Origin: Marsupella aquatica
Lineage: Eukaryota; Plantae; Marchantiophyta
Length of the DNA: 64,000 nt
Direction of reading: 5' to 3'
Assembly: GCA_973895155.1 (NCBI GenBank)
Contig: OZ316894.1
Coordinates: forward strand, 16,174,699 to 16,238,698
In this document: in pieces, positions 13,945-27,625 of the stretch
Layout of the letters: each line of letters begins with the position of its first letter
Position numbering within the stretch: the first letter of the stretch is position 1
Program-made: the position numbers and the translations under genes
Notes under the pieces: generated by a model
Databases searched by the model: none
What the model saw: only the letters and a program-made list of their open reading frames with translations
What the model was told of the DNA's origin: nothing

Positions 13945-16900
13945 ATTTTTAAAGGGGGAAAACCCACAAGAAACACCCCCAGGGATGAAAGCCACCCAGG
14001 GGAAGAGCACCAACAGGAGCAAACAAGAACACCCTAATCCAGCCATGGGTCAGGGGAAGCTAGGCTCCCTATGGAAGGGGTCCCCCTGATCCCGGCAAGT
14101 CATATGACTGCTATCCCTAAGCTGGCTATCACGGCTCTGGTACAGCAAGTAATTGCTCACCTGCAGGCTCCTAAAATTCCTATTATACTGGTTTTGCCAA
14201 TGTAGAGGGCAGGCCTTGTGTTGAAAATTTTTCCCAGTATCATTGTGGACCTCCTTGCAAGAAGGGGGGCAATGAGGTCGGGGAAGCATCAAGTTGCAAA
14301 CACCAATGTCATCCTTCTTCATCATTGTTCGTGTTAAGGGGGACCAAGATCTTGACCTTATCCCAGGGTTTGAGAGCAGTCTGCACCTTGTGAAACTCCT
14401 CACCCAACTGTCTGCTTTTCTTAGGTGATTGGCTGATGTCCAGCATATAATTAAGGTGGGTCTCCATTTGCCTGAGCACAACCCAGCCAGGGCAGTCTTC
14501 CAAGGAAATGAGAGTATGTAGCAGCGTTTAACTCTTTCCAAATACAATTGCACATCTCCATGAGCATAATCAAAGGGCTTGGCTTCCTCCTATGTCGCTG
14601 AATGGCATTGGTGATTGCTTCAAAAACAGAGCTGTTGGGGTTAGCAGGAGCCCCCTCGACCTCCACCTGTTGGTGACTCTACTACAACTGAAGAGAAGAT
14701 GCTCAGTGTGTTCAAAACAAGATTTGCACCTGGAGCAGATTCCATCGCAAACCTTCCAATGGCTGCCCCTACTGTTGGTGAAGAAGCACTGGTTGAGCAG
14801 CCGCCAAATGAAGAATCTCACCTTTGGTAAGGACCAACCTCCCCATAGTTTTTTCCATATTGAATGCCATCTCTCGGTGTTGCTCAATTGCACCCAACAC
14901 CTGTTCAGTTTTGTGACATCCCAGTCAACAAGCCTGTTGCACCTAGCCCACACCCGATTGGGGAACTTCCATCCCTTGTTCTTGTCTTCCCAGTTCCATT
15001 GCCACCCCTCACATTCCTTCAAATTGTGATCACCAAGGTCTGGGTTGCCTTGCATAATGTTATAGAAATGAGTGAATTCAGTGTTGTCCCTAGATTGGTT
15101 GCACTGGACTCTGTCTTTGAGGGAGTCTGATTCCAGCCAGCCATCCTGTGGTGTCCACAGGTCACCTATACTCCCGATGCCCTGATTAGTCATAAATCTC
15201 CTCAGGTTCACTCCTGCTTGTTTATCCATTTGGTGGTTCCTAGAGTACAGCCAAATGAGTCATGTGGGAAAGCTTACCCGTTCCAAAACCGTAATTAAAA
15301 TGTTGTCTCTTAGAGTATCACCCTTTGAGCAAGGCCCTCAGGGTAGGCGAGCCCTTGGTCATCAGCTCGTGGCTCGGCAGAATAGCTTCAGTCAAGGCCC
15401 AGCGTCTCCTCTCCTTTTTGCCAGGTTTGGACCTTAGTCCCTTTGTAATGATCTCCTGAGCAATCTGCACCCATTCACTCTTCCCACCAAGGATGAGCTT
15501 GGACACATGGTTCAACTTCAATGCTTGAGCTTGCTCAAAAATGGCAGGATCCCCAACCCTCCGACATATTTAGGAGCTGTGATGTCTCCAAGCAATCAGG
15601 GTTTTTATGTCCCTGAGTAGGCGTGCCAACCCCCCCCCCCCCCCTCCCCCCGGCCCCCCCCCCAAAAAAGGAACCATCGGCATATCTTTTCCAACTCCTT
15701 GTATCCAGACAGTTGCAGCTCAAGAAAAATCAGTCAATAAGTAGGAATGGCCCGCAAGACATGCCTCAGAATAATCACCCTGCTGGCCATAGTCAAGCAA
15801 AGCGGTGGGTCCAATGAAATGGCTTTTTCCCAAAATTTCCCAAGAAAAAAATTGGTTTCTTGCAAGGGGTAAATCTTATAGCCAATGGGGCAGCCAAGGT
15901 ACTCTGTGACCTCACCTTCTTGCGCAATCCGACGTCCATTGTGGGTACTTTGCTTCCTCAAAAAAAATAGGGATAATCTTTGACTTCTCCACATTAAGTT
16001 GAGCTCCAAAAAATAATATTTTCATACTTCTGGTTGTCTCCCTAGTGATTTGGAATTCATGTGGTGTCGCAGAGAGGAACATCCTAGTGTTATCAGCAAA
16101 AAGTTGATGGTGCAGACTATTGTCATTTGTAAGTTTTGCCCCAGACCAGCTCCCTTCCTCTAGTTTTGTTTATCAAACCCATCAAGGATTGTGTGGTGAG
16201 CACAACAAGACGGGGGAGTGTGGGCATCCCTGTCTAACTCCTCTAAGTAAGGGGATAGAGTCTGTGAACCGTCTGTTTATGTGGACCTTAGCATGCGGAT
16301 TTTCAACCAGGCCCCAAATTAGAGTGATTGCACAAATCGAGCACAGCCCAAAGAAAAGTGTGCTTGACCCAATCGTAAGCTTTGGTGAATCCAGTTTGAG
16401 GAAGGTGCGAGGTTGCTTGCTGACAGTGGCTATCTCCTGGCATAATTTAAAAGTTAGAATGTTGTCAAGAATGTCCCTTCCAGCCAGGAACCCGGTTTGC
16501 TGTTGGTCAACAACCACCCACTTCACCCGGTTGGCAATGAGATTAGCAATTAGTTTTCCAGAGAGTGTAAGCATTGTCAAGGGTCTCCAACTACTAAGCT
16601 CTCTAGGCCTCTTGATTCTTGGGGATCAATTTGACCACACCGGCCAAGGCCCTGATGGACAACCTCCACATCAGACAATCCAGAATTCTTGAATCATTTC
16701 AATGCATACTTTTGTCATAAAATTCCAGCCCTTGTGCAACACCTCAATAGTAACCTTGTCAATCCCTGGTCAGGAGCCTTATCAGTAGGGAGATCGAAGA
16801 CCATTTCCTCAATTTCCTTCTCATTAGGCACAGATGTGATAGCCTGGTTCTCCTCTTGAGACATCTTACTAGTAATAAGTAAAGGACATCCGCTTGCAGA

Positions 16901-18130
16901 GCCTGATGTGTTTGTGTCTCGGGGTCATCTGTGTAGAGTTCTGAGTAGAAATTGGTAATTTCATGGAGAATCCGGTCCTTGTCATCACAAATTTCCCCTT
17001 TGCGCAGCTTGATTCTCCAAATACTTTCCCAGGCTTGCTTAGCTTTGAGTTGGTTAAAAAACAATTTAGTGGGAGCTTTGCCCAGTTGTAACCATCTGAC
17101 CCTACTCTTCCTTTGGAGTTTCCTAGTTTCTTCTTACTTTCCGACAAGTTAGATCTTCCATTGCCTTCAAAGCATCATGATCTACCTAATTATGGAGCTT
17201 GTCAGCATGAATTTGCATCTCCTGCAGTTCATTCCCTGGATGGTTGTTCTTGGCAAGTTTGATTCTCCTTCTCTTCTTGGTTTGAAGGAGTCCTTTGACA
17301 CCTGCCCAAGTGAGGTCCCAATTCACCCTTGGGTCATGATTCTGATCCATGTGATTCCCCCATATGTCTTCCATAGCCTGCTACATCTCAGTCGAGTCAG
17401 TGATATTGGGGTCCATTTTGAAGTACATGGTTTTTCCTGTGTGTCCCAATGCTGCAAGCCTGTTTGGGCCTGTTCCAGAACCAGGGTAATGGTGATTGGG
17501 ATGTGGTCAGATAGATCCCTACTGCCGTGAGTATAGGATTTAGTATTCTCACACCACTCATTCCTATTCCTACTATAGTTGCGGTCAAGCCAAGATTGGT
17601 CAAAGCGATCGAAATGATGGGCTTGCCTGGTGAAGACCAGCCCCAGCCTCAAGCCAGTGCACAAATAATTATCAACCATGTCAAAGTGTTCCCCAAGCTT
17701 ATTCCAGACACAGATTTCAACACCATGCTTAAGGGCGTGTGGTCCAACAAAGTCGTCGAATAATTCAGTCATATTTGAGTTGCCACACATCAGCCAGTTT
17801 GCATTTGGGAGGTTTGTTATTAGCCACTTCCCAGGCTAATCTGCTATCTCCTCTCATTCGGTGCATAATCCGACCCAATGTTCACCTCTCCAATCACTGT
17901 TTGAACTTGGCCCAAACAAACATGTCTTCCCCTTTCCGGCCATGGTCCAGGACCTTAAAGTGCGCAGGTATCAACATAGGCGCTCCAACTTTCCCTGCCT
18001 GGTTGCTATCCATCAGAATGGTGCCCTCCTTATCCCGGAACTTAATTGAAATTGCGTTCTTTCATCTTTGACCTTCAATTCCTGGAAGCATAAAATAGAA
18101 TTCTCAAGCTTGTTCCTTCTTCTCCAGCTA
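13945..18130 (-). mobile_element. Decayed non-LTR retrotransposon (LINE): APE endonuclease, reverse transcriptase and zf-RVT remnants
   Basis: Fragments ILCFQELK, DLSDHIPI, QQQTGFLAGRDILDNIL..FLKLD, GVRQGCPHSP, YLGCPIG, PKVRFFIWRLL...CSRC...EHTEHLLFSC; many frameshifts and stops. Confidence 0.9.
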
Positions 18131-19374
18131 CCGATTTGTCCATCAAACAATTGTGCATTTTGACTGCAATGACATGAATGAAGAATAGAAGAGCTCTATT
18201 GTGATAAAACTAGCATTTGGGGATCCCAGCAGAGGTCAAAGGTTTAGGTTTTTCCTATGAAGAATAGTATATACGTCCCCGGATTGAGTTATAAACCTTG
18301 ATGAGATGTTCATCAGTATTATCAGGAAATGGAGCAACTTGTGCCAGCAGTCTGCCATTTCCTGCCTAATAAATGCCTAAACAGTTGTGACAATGCAAGT
18401 CTAAAGCATGTGACATGCGCAAGGAGGATGCCTCGAGAACATCTTCTTAATTCCTTGGGGTTTTGAAGCACCCTAAAAGACATGCCTTGTGCATCCTAAT
18501 ATTCCTGACTTCGCTCTAGTTAACCTACCCTCACTAGCCAGTCATCAACAATGAAATTTTTTTTGGGCCTATAGGTGTGCTCATCTCCAGGGTCCAATGG
18601 GGAGCTCCTGGGAACGCGTCCATCTATTTAATAAAGCCTCATAGAAAATTAGGGATAAGGGCCTCTGGTCTGGAGTGAAGCCTCTACCGTGACTCTAGAG
18701 CACAACAATGGTTGAGGGTGGAACTGAAAATGGGCACGATGGTTCTGGCTAGTTACTCCTACTATCAACAATTTTGACAACCTAAGGCTACAGATTGCCC
18801 TTGTTTAAGCTAGTCACCCTAATGTGTAGGCCGCGAGTATGTTTCTTTGTATGCATATATGTTTGATAGGAGCCCCACCACATGCATTGTGCTGAAAGCA
18901 TGTATTCCAAAGGTTGCAGACAATTGGGATGTATGTAATAGTGTTGCGAGCTTATTACATAGCCCTACTCCCGACCCTATGTGCATCCTCTCAGAAATGC
19001 TAGTAGAGCTTAGTGTGCTAGAGACACAAACGTTGTGAATCATCAGTTTTTCCACGTCGTTCATTCACCTCGTCTCTTACCAGCCATTCAAAAAATGGGT
19101 TTCTAGTTCCAGGCTAGTTTGAGATTGCACGTAGAAACCGAGTCCCTCCCTATCCCACTACAGTTGCGTACTTTATGTTTCATTCAAATTTGGATACATT
19201 CACCTGTAAGTATCTGTAAACCTGTGAGTCCACGAAGACGTTGTTTTCTTCTTAGCTAAAGCAGGCAATCCAGAACTTAGATTACTTGGGTCGGTGATAG
19301 CCATTCAATACTGCAAATTCTAATTGGAGCAAAGTTAGAGCAAAGTTTCAGTAAAGAGACATCTCGGGACATTT

Positions 19375-20170
19375 ATGGACTCACCAGTCACTCGAATCAT
19401 TTATCCTAACTGTTTGCGTGTGCTATGCTGTCCAATTCCACTATTGCAGCTTTTGTGCTGTAATGATTCTTTTGGGCAGACTCGCCAGATTTTGAATCTC
19501 ACACCTGCTCCTCCTGGGAATTTGAAGGACTTTAAAATCCACTTACAAACCAGGCTTTCGGCAGTAAATAGAAGTAATGCGAAGGGTAATTTGCAGCACC
19601 TGAAGCCTGGCACGTCACTTCCTGTGGGAAGGCGCCTGCTCTTTCCTAGAACAGGACTTCGTTCTGTACCAGCCTATGGGTACCTTCTGTCGGTACGCAA
19701 CACAGCTCATTATTATTCAGTACAAGATATGCCAAAAGGCATAAAAACAAATTTCCCAGAAAACCCTTTTCAAGTCTGCTTTCGAAATAAATCAAAATGC
19801 AAGCTTCAAGGTAGCGGGACATGTGTACCATAACTCTTGCTAGCCATTAGGCTAGGAAAAAACAAAATGTTACACACTGGGCCCCTGAGATACTTCTTCT
19901 GAGAGTGGATCTGGAAGACTTGAAAAGCTCGAGTTCAAGCCTTCGAGCAGCAGGTATATCAGATCCTAAAAATGAGATTCATAACTTGCAAATCGAGCCG
20001 GACCGATTAAAGATGTTGCTTAGTGCGATTGAAGTCACAAGTCCCATGTCCCATTGAACAAAGCGCTGGACAGGGTCAATTTTACAGTAAGATATTGCTC
20101 GTGCAAATGAATTGATATGTGGAACTTGCCTCCTCACTTCCAGAGACCCTACCTCTCACGTATATGCCAA
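19375..20170 (+). pseudogene. Diverged, internally deleted duplicate of part of CFAP57 (source ~46105-47520)
   Basis: tcacttcctgtgggaag.cgcct.ctcttt (19614 vs 46627), aactcttgctagccat (19832 vs 47193) and gagcagcaggtatatcagatcctaaaa (19945 vs 47305) are collinear and include intron sequence. Confidence 0.88.
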
Positions 20171-20333
20171 AAAATTCCTCAATAGTGTCCTTTGCGGGAA
20201 AATTGGAGGCATTCCACGGCATCAGACACGGAAGGCCATTTCCACAAAGGACTCGTGAATATTCTACTCTGCCTAGCCGTCCTATTTCATTAGATGCACC
20301 GCCTCCCCATTTTAACTCTTGGCAGCGGGCTCC

Positions 20334-21382
20334 TCAAGCAGCGGAAATGGCAATTCGCCCAGCAACCTGGTCCAAATCGCGTTGGCCATTCGAGGTGATT
20401 CTCCTTCCCCTAGTTGGACAGAGAAAAGAGAAACAACATCAGGTATAACGAAACTGGCACTCAAGCAAATTCTGCACATCGCCTGAGACCAAGTGATACT
20501 AGAAGGTTGGAGGAAGTGTTCAGCTTACCCCTTCACGTCCTTCTCAACGATGTCAATTCCCTCGAGCTGCTTCAACACATCTCTGGCGATGGAGCCACTG
20601 CTCTTCGCAAAATGGGAAGGCCTCACACCGTTGCTCTTGCGTCCACCGTAAACTTTACGGAAAGCGCCAACTCCAATCCCGCCCCTCAAGTAGATCTTCC
20701 TCGCCATAGAAGCTGAACCCACCGATCCATGCCAGACACTTAACGTAAGTCCCTTGAAACACAATATCAAAAGCCTTCAATGTTCTCCTGTTAGCACACC
20801 GGGAAAGCACCTTCCCCTGGGTCCACGGACGAGAGGAAATCGCAGGGAAGTAGAATCTTTTTCACCAAAAGCCGATCAAAGAACAGGAAGTCACCTGCTC
20901 TGATGTAATACCAACCAGCGTCATAGGGCGCAAGTTCCTTGAAGGTAGCAGTCTTCACAAGATCGGCCCAAGCTGGCACTTCGATCTGCAATATCGTTTC
21001 AAATTTCAGTCTACAGCACTGACCGCTCACCAGGAAAACCAAGCTCTCGGTATACAAGAGCAAGCATAACAGACCTCCAATAATAAGCAGTTCATCTTTC
21101 TAATGCCATAATCCTTCCCAATTCTTCCAGACAACCTCTGCATGCAAAGCATAGAGGAGACTCCTCCCTCCGTCCAATAGCATATTCCGAAGTGCAAAAT
21201 CAGAATGCAACCACATTCGAAACCCACAACAGACGGCACAAACAAATGTAAAGCAACGTTAGGACAAAAGGATGTTCACAATTTCGCACCTTGCCAGAGC
21301 GTTTCAGATGAGCAGCGTACGAGCGCACGAATTCGTGTGAAGGAACATCCTTCACGGTCTTGGCGGTCGCCGCCGTAGCCAT
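20334..21382 (-). CDS. RPS19: 40S ribosomal protein S19 (eS19), 4 exons (21382-21290, 20985-20895, 20712-20529, 20409-20334), 147 aa
   Basis: [96 protein letters not shown].../[19 protein letters not shown]; GT-AG introns with consistent phases. Confidence 0.97.
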
Positions 21383-23537
21383 TTTCTTCCACCACCTTGG
21401 ATTCGGTGCGATTCAGAGACCACGACGGCAAAATCTTGACAAAAACCTCGAGAGAATAACAAAGCCCTCCCAGAAAAATTCCGTGCGTCCGAATGGTAGG
21501 AAAATTGGTCACAGGGTGATTGGGAGGGAGCGAGTGTCTCTCCGTAACCCTACACGCCGTAACAAAAGCATGGTGGGAACGAACTGTAGACCGTCTCGTC
21601 TCTCACTACAGTCGACTATTCGCGAAGGAAAGAAACAGCCAACCCTAAAGTTCATGGGAAAATCATTACTCGCCTTGAAATATCCGTAACATTTGTTTAG
21701 TAAATAATTAGTGCCAGTGCTCCTGTTTTTAAAGGTTTGCTATTTAAGGATCAAGGGGATGGTGCACCCAATGTAATCTAAAGACCCTGGCGTCCAAAGA
21801 CCAAAAGGGAAGAGAAAACAAACCCCCAAGGACCCAAAGTAAACACCAACCTAAAGTTGCAGCGCAAAAAGTTGAACAAAGGGACCTGTAGTAAGAAGCC
21901 TTGGGCTAGGAATGGGTCAACCCAGAGAGAGCCATGTCATGGGTCCAGTAGCTAATCATCTACATATTAGCATTAAAGGTGTCTTTACGGTGGACCTGGT
22001 TTGCAACTACTATCTAGCCAAGAAAGCTAAAACATATCAGCTCAGGAAATTTATTGGATAGCCTAGAGATGAGCACCAAGCCAGCCCAAATGTAACACAA
22101 TAAAACATGTTTGCTATGGATGTTGAAATCTCATATTGCAGCCTGTTGAAGTCAAGCGCACCCTGGGCAATGCGCCTAGCCTGAGGTGTCGCAGCACGCC
22201 TGGATTGGAGCACCTCATGTGGACTGGTCTCGGGTAGCCCAGGTTGCTCATGGACCAGCCCACGCCTGAGTAATGGGCACAAGGGCGCCTGGGCACTAAG
22301 TTGGGCATAATTAACTAGAAGTCGGGAACTTGAGTCAATTCCTAACAACTTTAGTTCCGCTATGTGTGAAGGACCCACAATTGAAAGTTGAGAATTCTTG
22401 GATCTAAAGCATGGGACCCATTAGAGATCTTGTAGCCCTATTGGGCCTGTTACAAAGCTAGAGACAAGTTGTAAGAAAAAGGAGTCCCTTCAATTGGGAA
22501 GGTGCACAATAGTCTACTTGAGTGATTCATGGATGTGTAGTGCTAGATGCTCATGGGCACTAACAAGGGATCTCTCTTGTGTGGCTAGTACAAGGGGCAT
22601 TGAAATGATGTGCCTTTATGCCTCACTACTATGTGTCTTAAACACGATTTCGAACCGAACGAGAATTATTTCCTCTAAACGAGAAGTGTATTTTCATTTT
22701 CCGCCGAATCTCGCAAAATTGGCAGTTTTTTTCATCAAAAACACGTTTTTGGGGAAATAATGTAATTCGTATCGGAGTTTGGATTGAAACAGCAAATTTA
22801 ATAATGATCAAAACCAATGAAATTCATGCTAACAAACATTCATATTATCAAGGAACAATTAGATCCGAAAAACTTTCTCCTCAACCTCATATTCACGCTC
22901 TCCGAAGATATATGAAAGGTCTTATCTATAAATCCATATCCACGTTTCGAGCCAAGTGCGATAATTGTATCGGACTCCGGATTTGAGCCATGAAAGCTCC
23001 GACCCAATCTCAGTTTTCTCAGTTTTTGGATATTTACCAAAAATATTTTACATCACAGTCGATAAGAATTACTGCACGGTTCGTCAAACTTACCTTGCAG
23101 TTACCTCCGCAATTGACCAGTTACCTCCGCAAGTGACCATAGTCAACATGCCATTCTTTCAACAGCAATGCGCAGTCTGATAAAATTATCGCGAAAACTA
23201 CGGGCGACAAAAATACTAGTCGACAATACTAAGATCCTTTGGTTCATCGGTTAAATTTCAAAATTCCTATCCATATGAAGGAACCACTTTTGCAATACCA
23301 ACATCAGATAAATTTATCGCTTCAATTTCAAATTGCAACTTCCATATGAAGGAACCACTTTTGCAATACCAACATCAGATAAATTTATCGCTTCAATTTC
23401 AAAACTATATAATTTTGCCACGATGCACGTGTGAGAATGAAATTGGAAATCCAAGAAATATACCCTTTTCTGCTATTTTGTCGTTTAGGGTGACAGCCAA
23501 TCAAAAGTGGACATGTGGGCCAACCCCTCAACAGACA

Positions 23538-23547
23538 CTATAAAAGG
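23538..23547 (+). promoter_or_regulatory. Candidate TATA box of the transposase gene
   Basis: ctataaaagg about 120-150 bp upstream of the first in-frame ATGs. Confidence 0.4.
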
Positions 23548-23689
23548 GCCACCGCCGATAAGTTTTTGGCGTCATTATCGAGAGTAGATTTTTGCGAGTT
23601 GTGTTCTTGGAGCAACATTCTGTCCGTTGAGCCTTTCGTTTTCCCTGATTGCGGGAGGAATGCATAGCCCCATAGTGTCTCGGATAGCC

Positions 23690-26600
23690 ATGTCTCAATC
23701 AGACATAGATTCACCTTCCAGTTCAGTTGAATCCTCTCCTTCCAGTTCAGTTGAATCCTCTCCTAATCTTGTCGCTCGCTGTTTGCCAAGTCGCATACTT
23801 AAAGCTCTACCTCTCTCACAGCAAATAGTGCCCGAAATCTCTGACTCAGATTCTGATGCAAGTTCTGGTCCTGAGCCCAGTGCTTACTATGTGTCGCCTA
23901 GTAAACCTGAGAAGCGTCGTCTCTTGAGCATTCCATCGCTAAGAAATGAGAAACTTTCAATCCCAGGTTTAGGTCCGAGACGTCGCTTCAGGCCATCCAT
24001 CCTGGGTTATGGAGAGGGTATCCGGCGACCGATACGCGTATCGCAGTCGGCATTCAAGTCGCCACATTCAACACAAGTTCAACGACGGATCTTTCAGTCT
24101 CCGGCTGAGGATCGAGATACAAAAATACAAAGACCGATACGGCGATCGGTCTTTGCATTGCCTGGATTGGATGTGCGAGCAAGCGAGGGAATCGAACTGC
24201 AAAGTCCAGACTCGGCCCTTTCTTGAATGGTTCGTGGGAATCGTGGTGAACAAGTGCTCAATTTTCCAGCAGCTCGCGGAGTCGTTGGGACTGCACGTGC
24301 GAATCCAGAATCTCCAAGTTCTCAAGGGCGGACTGTCATTGGTTCCAGGCTCCAAGTATTGAGGAGAGGTCTTAGTGGTGTTCGGGTTATGTATAGAGAG
24401 CCACGGAGTCCAATTGTGTTTTCAGATGAGCCAAGTGCATCGGAGGACGAAGATGAGGAAGGAGATAGAGAATCCGATATAATAGCACAAGTTGTGTCTG
24501 AATGTTTAGAAGGAGCTGTCGAAGAGAATAGTTATAGTCGTCTATCCAGTGCCCCTCTAAATGCGTCAAGGAGATCTATAGAGGATGGTAGCTCAACAGA
24601 GAGTGATGCATCTATTCACGAGGCACCTGAAGGACCCAAAAATGCCAATGTTATGAACGGATTTCAGGCTGTAGAGAAGTCAAATGAGCCTAGTAAAAAA
24701 GATAGGGACCAAATTACTAGGAAAGACAATATGATAAATGACAAATTGAATAGAAACAAAATGAGAGAAATTCATAAGTATTCGTGTTGTGATAATTACT
24801 GTCTGAGGAATTTGGGTCTGCTAGCCATGACGAAACAATGCACTTATTACTATCGGCTATCCTACCCAGAGAAGAACGTCCTTCTAAGAGGATGTGTGAA
24901 GGGTGGGCATGCTGGTGCAAGTGGTTACTCAGTTAGCGGTAGATCCTTTTGTCGAAGTGGTTTTAAGAAATTATTTTCACTAGGAAATAATCATCTCCAA
25001 AAAATCTCGCAGAACATGTTTTCTCGGATACAAATCGGTACAGTTTGTCGAGAAAAATCACCCGCACATCTTGGTCTCGTCCAATGGCTGGATGATTTTT
25101 TTTCCACAAATGTCGAGAGTCTCCCCAACAAGGATATCTTTCATTTACTTGACAATTGGACAAAAACATAAGTTTTTGATGCCTTCCAGTCCGAAACTCT
25201 AATGCGCCAAGAACAAGGCATGACATATTCGTGGTTTTTTCGCATTTGGAACAAGGAGTTTCCTCGCGTGCGCATCCCCAAAAGGAGCCGTTTCTCCACC
25301 TGCGCCCCGTGTACTGAATTCAAAGCACTCCGTGACAAGGCAACACTCGAAGCAAAAAAGAGTAAGTTTCTAAACCTGTGTGTTACTCCCGATAATTTTA
25401 TCGGGTTGAGTATTCATGTGCTTCTTCTTTGGCCATGTGAGTGAATATATCGTTTGAACAGTTTGAATACTGAACCTGATAAATTTATCGTTGTCACAGT
25501 TTTTCATTACGGTCTTGTGTTTGAATACTAAACCCGATAAATTTATCGTTGTCAAGGTTTATCATTACGGTCTCGTGTTTGAATACTGAACCCGATAAAT
25601 TTATCGTTGTCAGGGTTCAACATTGCGGTTATCATGTTTTGTCCTAAACATTTTTATTATTGTATGAAAATTCTCAACATTGCTAAACGAGCATCAGAAG
25701 GCACAAGCAGTCGAGAGGGAGAAGTTAGCAAAGCACCGGAGCAAATGTTACAAGAGTCCGGAGAAATATTTGGGCATCTGTATTGATGGAATGGATCAAA
25801 AGAAGACAGAGTTACCTCATTTCATTCGGTGTCCGAAGAATATGGATGAAAAGTATTTCATCCTCGTACACGTAGTGGGTTGTTTGATCTTCAACAAACA
25901 ATTAAGTTCAAATGTTTTTTTGAACTATCCAAATATTCACAATGATAGCAACCTAACCATCCACGTTATCCAGCATATTCTGAATACCTGGGAAGGTCTG
26001 CTCCCTCCAGTGCTTTACCTCCAGCTTGATAACACAGCTCGAGAAAACAAGAATAAATATCTTATAGGATATTTGAATATGTTGGTGGAGATAGGTATTT
26101 TCCAGAAAATAAAGGTTGGTTTCCTATTGGTGGGGCACACCCATGATCAAATTGATCAAATGTTTAGCAAGTTTTCCCCAAAATTGAAAAAGCGGAAAGC
26201 TTTCCGGTTGGACACTCTTTCAGCAATCATAGAGGAATCCTACAATCATAGAGGAATCCTACAATCCTACGGCAAAGATATTTTTTGTCGACGAGGTTGC
26301 CAATTTCAAGAAATTTGTGTCAGACAAGGATCAAGCAAATGACAAGGATATGGATGGTCAGGTTCTACGTACTCTCCACGGCATAAGTGCTCAAAAACAA
26401 TTTCGGATTACTAGAGTACTCGAAGATGGAAGTGCTCGGTCCGTATTCCATGCCAAACATCTTTCAACGACAACCGATTGGGGGGAGACGGTGGATTTTG
26501 TTCGGTACATTCCATCATCTGGAATGTGGGTCGCACCACAAATGGCATTGAAGTCGGCCAGGGGAGCGACAGGAGACAATGAAGAGCAAGAGAATGATGT

Positions 26601-27246
26601 TGAGGAACAAGATGAGCGGGCGGCTCAAAGTTATTTGTCAACTCTTCAAAAATATCGAAGAGCAATTGAAGATGGATTCAATTACTTTGACGACGAAGAT
26701 TGTCTATGGTGGGGTCGTTTTTTTGACAAACAAAAAGAAGTGATTCAGCACCACCTGAAACTTGCACAATGGAGTTTTGATTGGAGTTGGCCCAAGGTAA
26801 ACGTAGAGAGAGAACTTCCGAGTAATCCTACGGAAGCAGCAATGGAACCTAGCTTGGTTGATAAAGTAGCGGGTGTGAGGACAGTCATGTATTCCGGAAG
26901 TCGAAGGAAAGTCACGGAAATTGGAGACTTCAAGGATCTAGAGGTGAATACTAAATTTGCAATGATATGTGTAGCAGCCCATCAGGATCCCAAGGGAAGG
27001 CCATTCTGGATGGCAAAAGTGACTGAGATTCTCACAAGAATTAACGACATCCCGGAGCGGATTAAAATCACTTGGTATGCAATGGATTCGGAGGTAGAGT
27101 CTGCAATTGAAGGCAGATATTATCCGGAGAAAGAGGCTTCGTCTAGCAAAGTACTGGAGGATGAATTGTCCCTAGCAGAAACTGCCGTTTATGCGTATAA
27201 CTTTGCGTTATTGGCAAATAGTACTCTCCCTATACAAACAAGATGA
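23690..27246 (+). pseudogene. Disrupted DDD/DDE-type transposase (DUF7869/Sola-like) with Ser-rich N-terminus and C-terminal SH3-barrel-like region
   Basis: CCDNYC, FCRSGFKKLFSLG, FSTCAPC, ICIDGMDQ, LYLQLDNTARENKN, FLLVGHTHDQIDQMFS. One frame broken by TGA (24224) and TAA (25169); intron from GT at 25362 with an apparently mutated acceptor near 25665; a 19-bp tandem duplication at ~26225-26262 causes a frameshift (removing it restores EESYNPTAKIFFVDEVANFKKFVSDKD). Confidence 0.82.
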
Positions 27247-27625
27247 ATCATTCAAAATGCAATGGAGACTGTAGTCGTTGATAGTCGAAGCTAGTTGCAG
27301 GTTTAAGTTATAATGGTTATCGTTCCCATGAATATGTACAGTGGTTATCGTTCTGGGACTATGTACTCCGCAGCTATAATGATATCTCTTTTTTTGAAAT
27401 AATTGCAATGACAAACCAGTTAGAGCATACAATGCTAAGTCCGATAAGATTATCGACAACTCCATTCCCCCAACTAGAACACCGCGATAGTCCGATATAT
27501 GCAAAGTCCGGTAAATTTATCGCATTAGTAAAGGTGACAAAGGTTCTTCCTCATGGAATACAGAATCCGATAAATTTATCGACAACTCCATTGGTGATTG
27601 ACATTATCCTAACGAGCACACGCAA

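Noticed and set aside
15630-15663. Poly-C tract (also poly-G at 62828-62845) as a functional G-quadruplex
   Set aside because: Lies within decayed repeats; homopolymer expansion or a sequencing artefact is equally likely.
23627-27246. Five separate ORFs on + in the ORF track
   Set aside because: They join into one transposase frame once point stops, an intron and a 19-bp duplication are accounted for.
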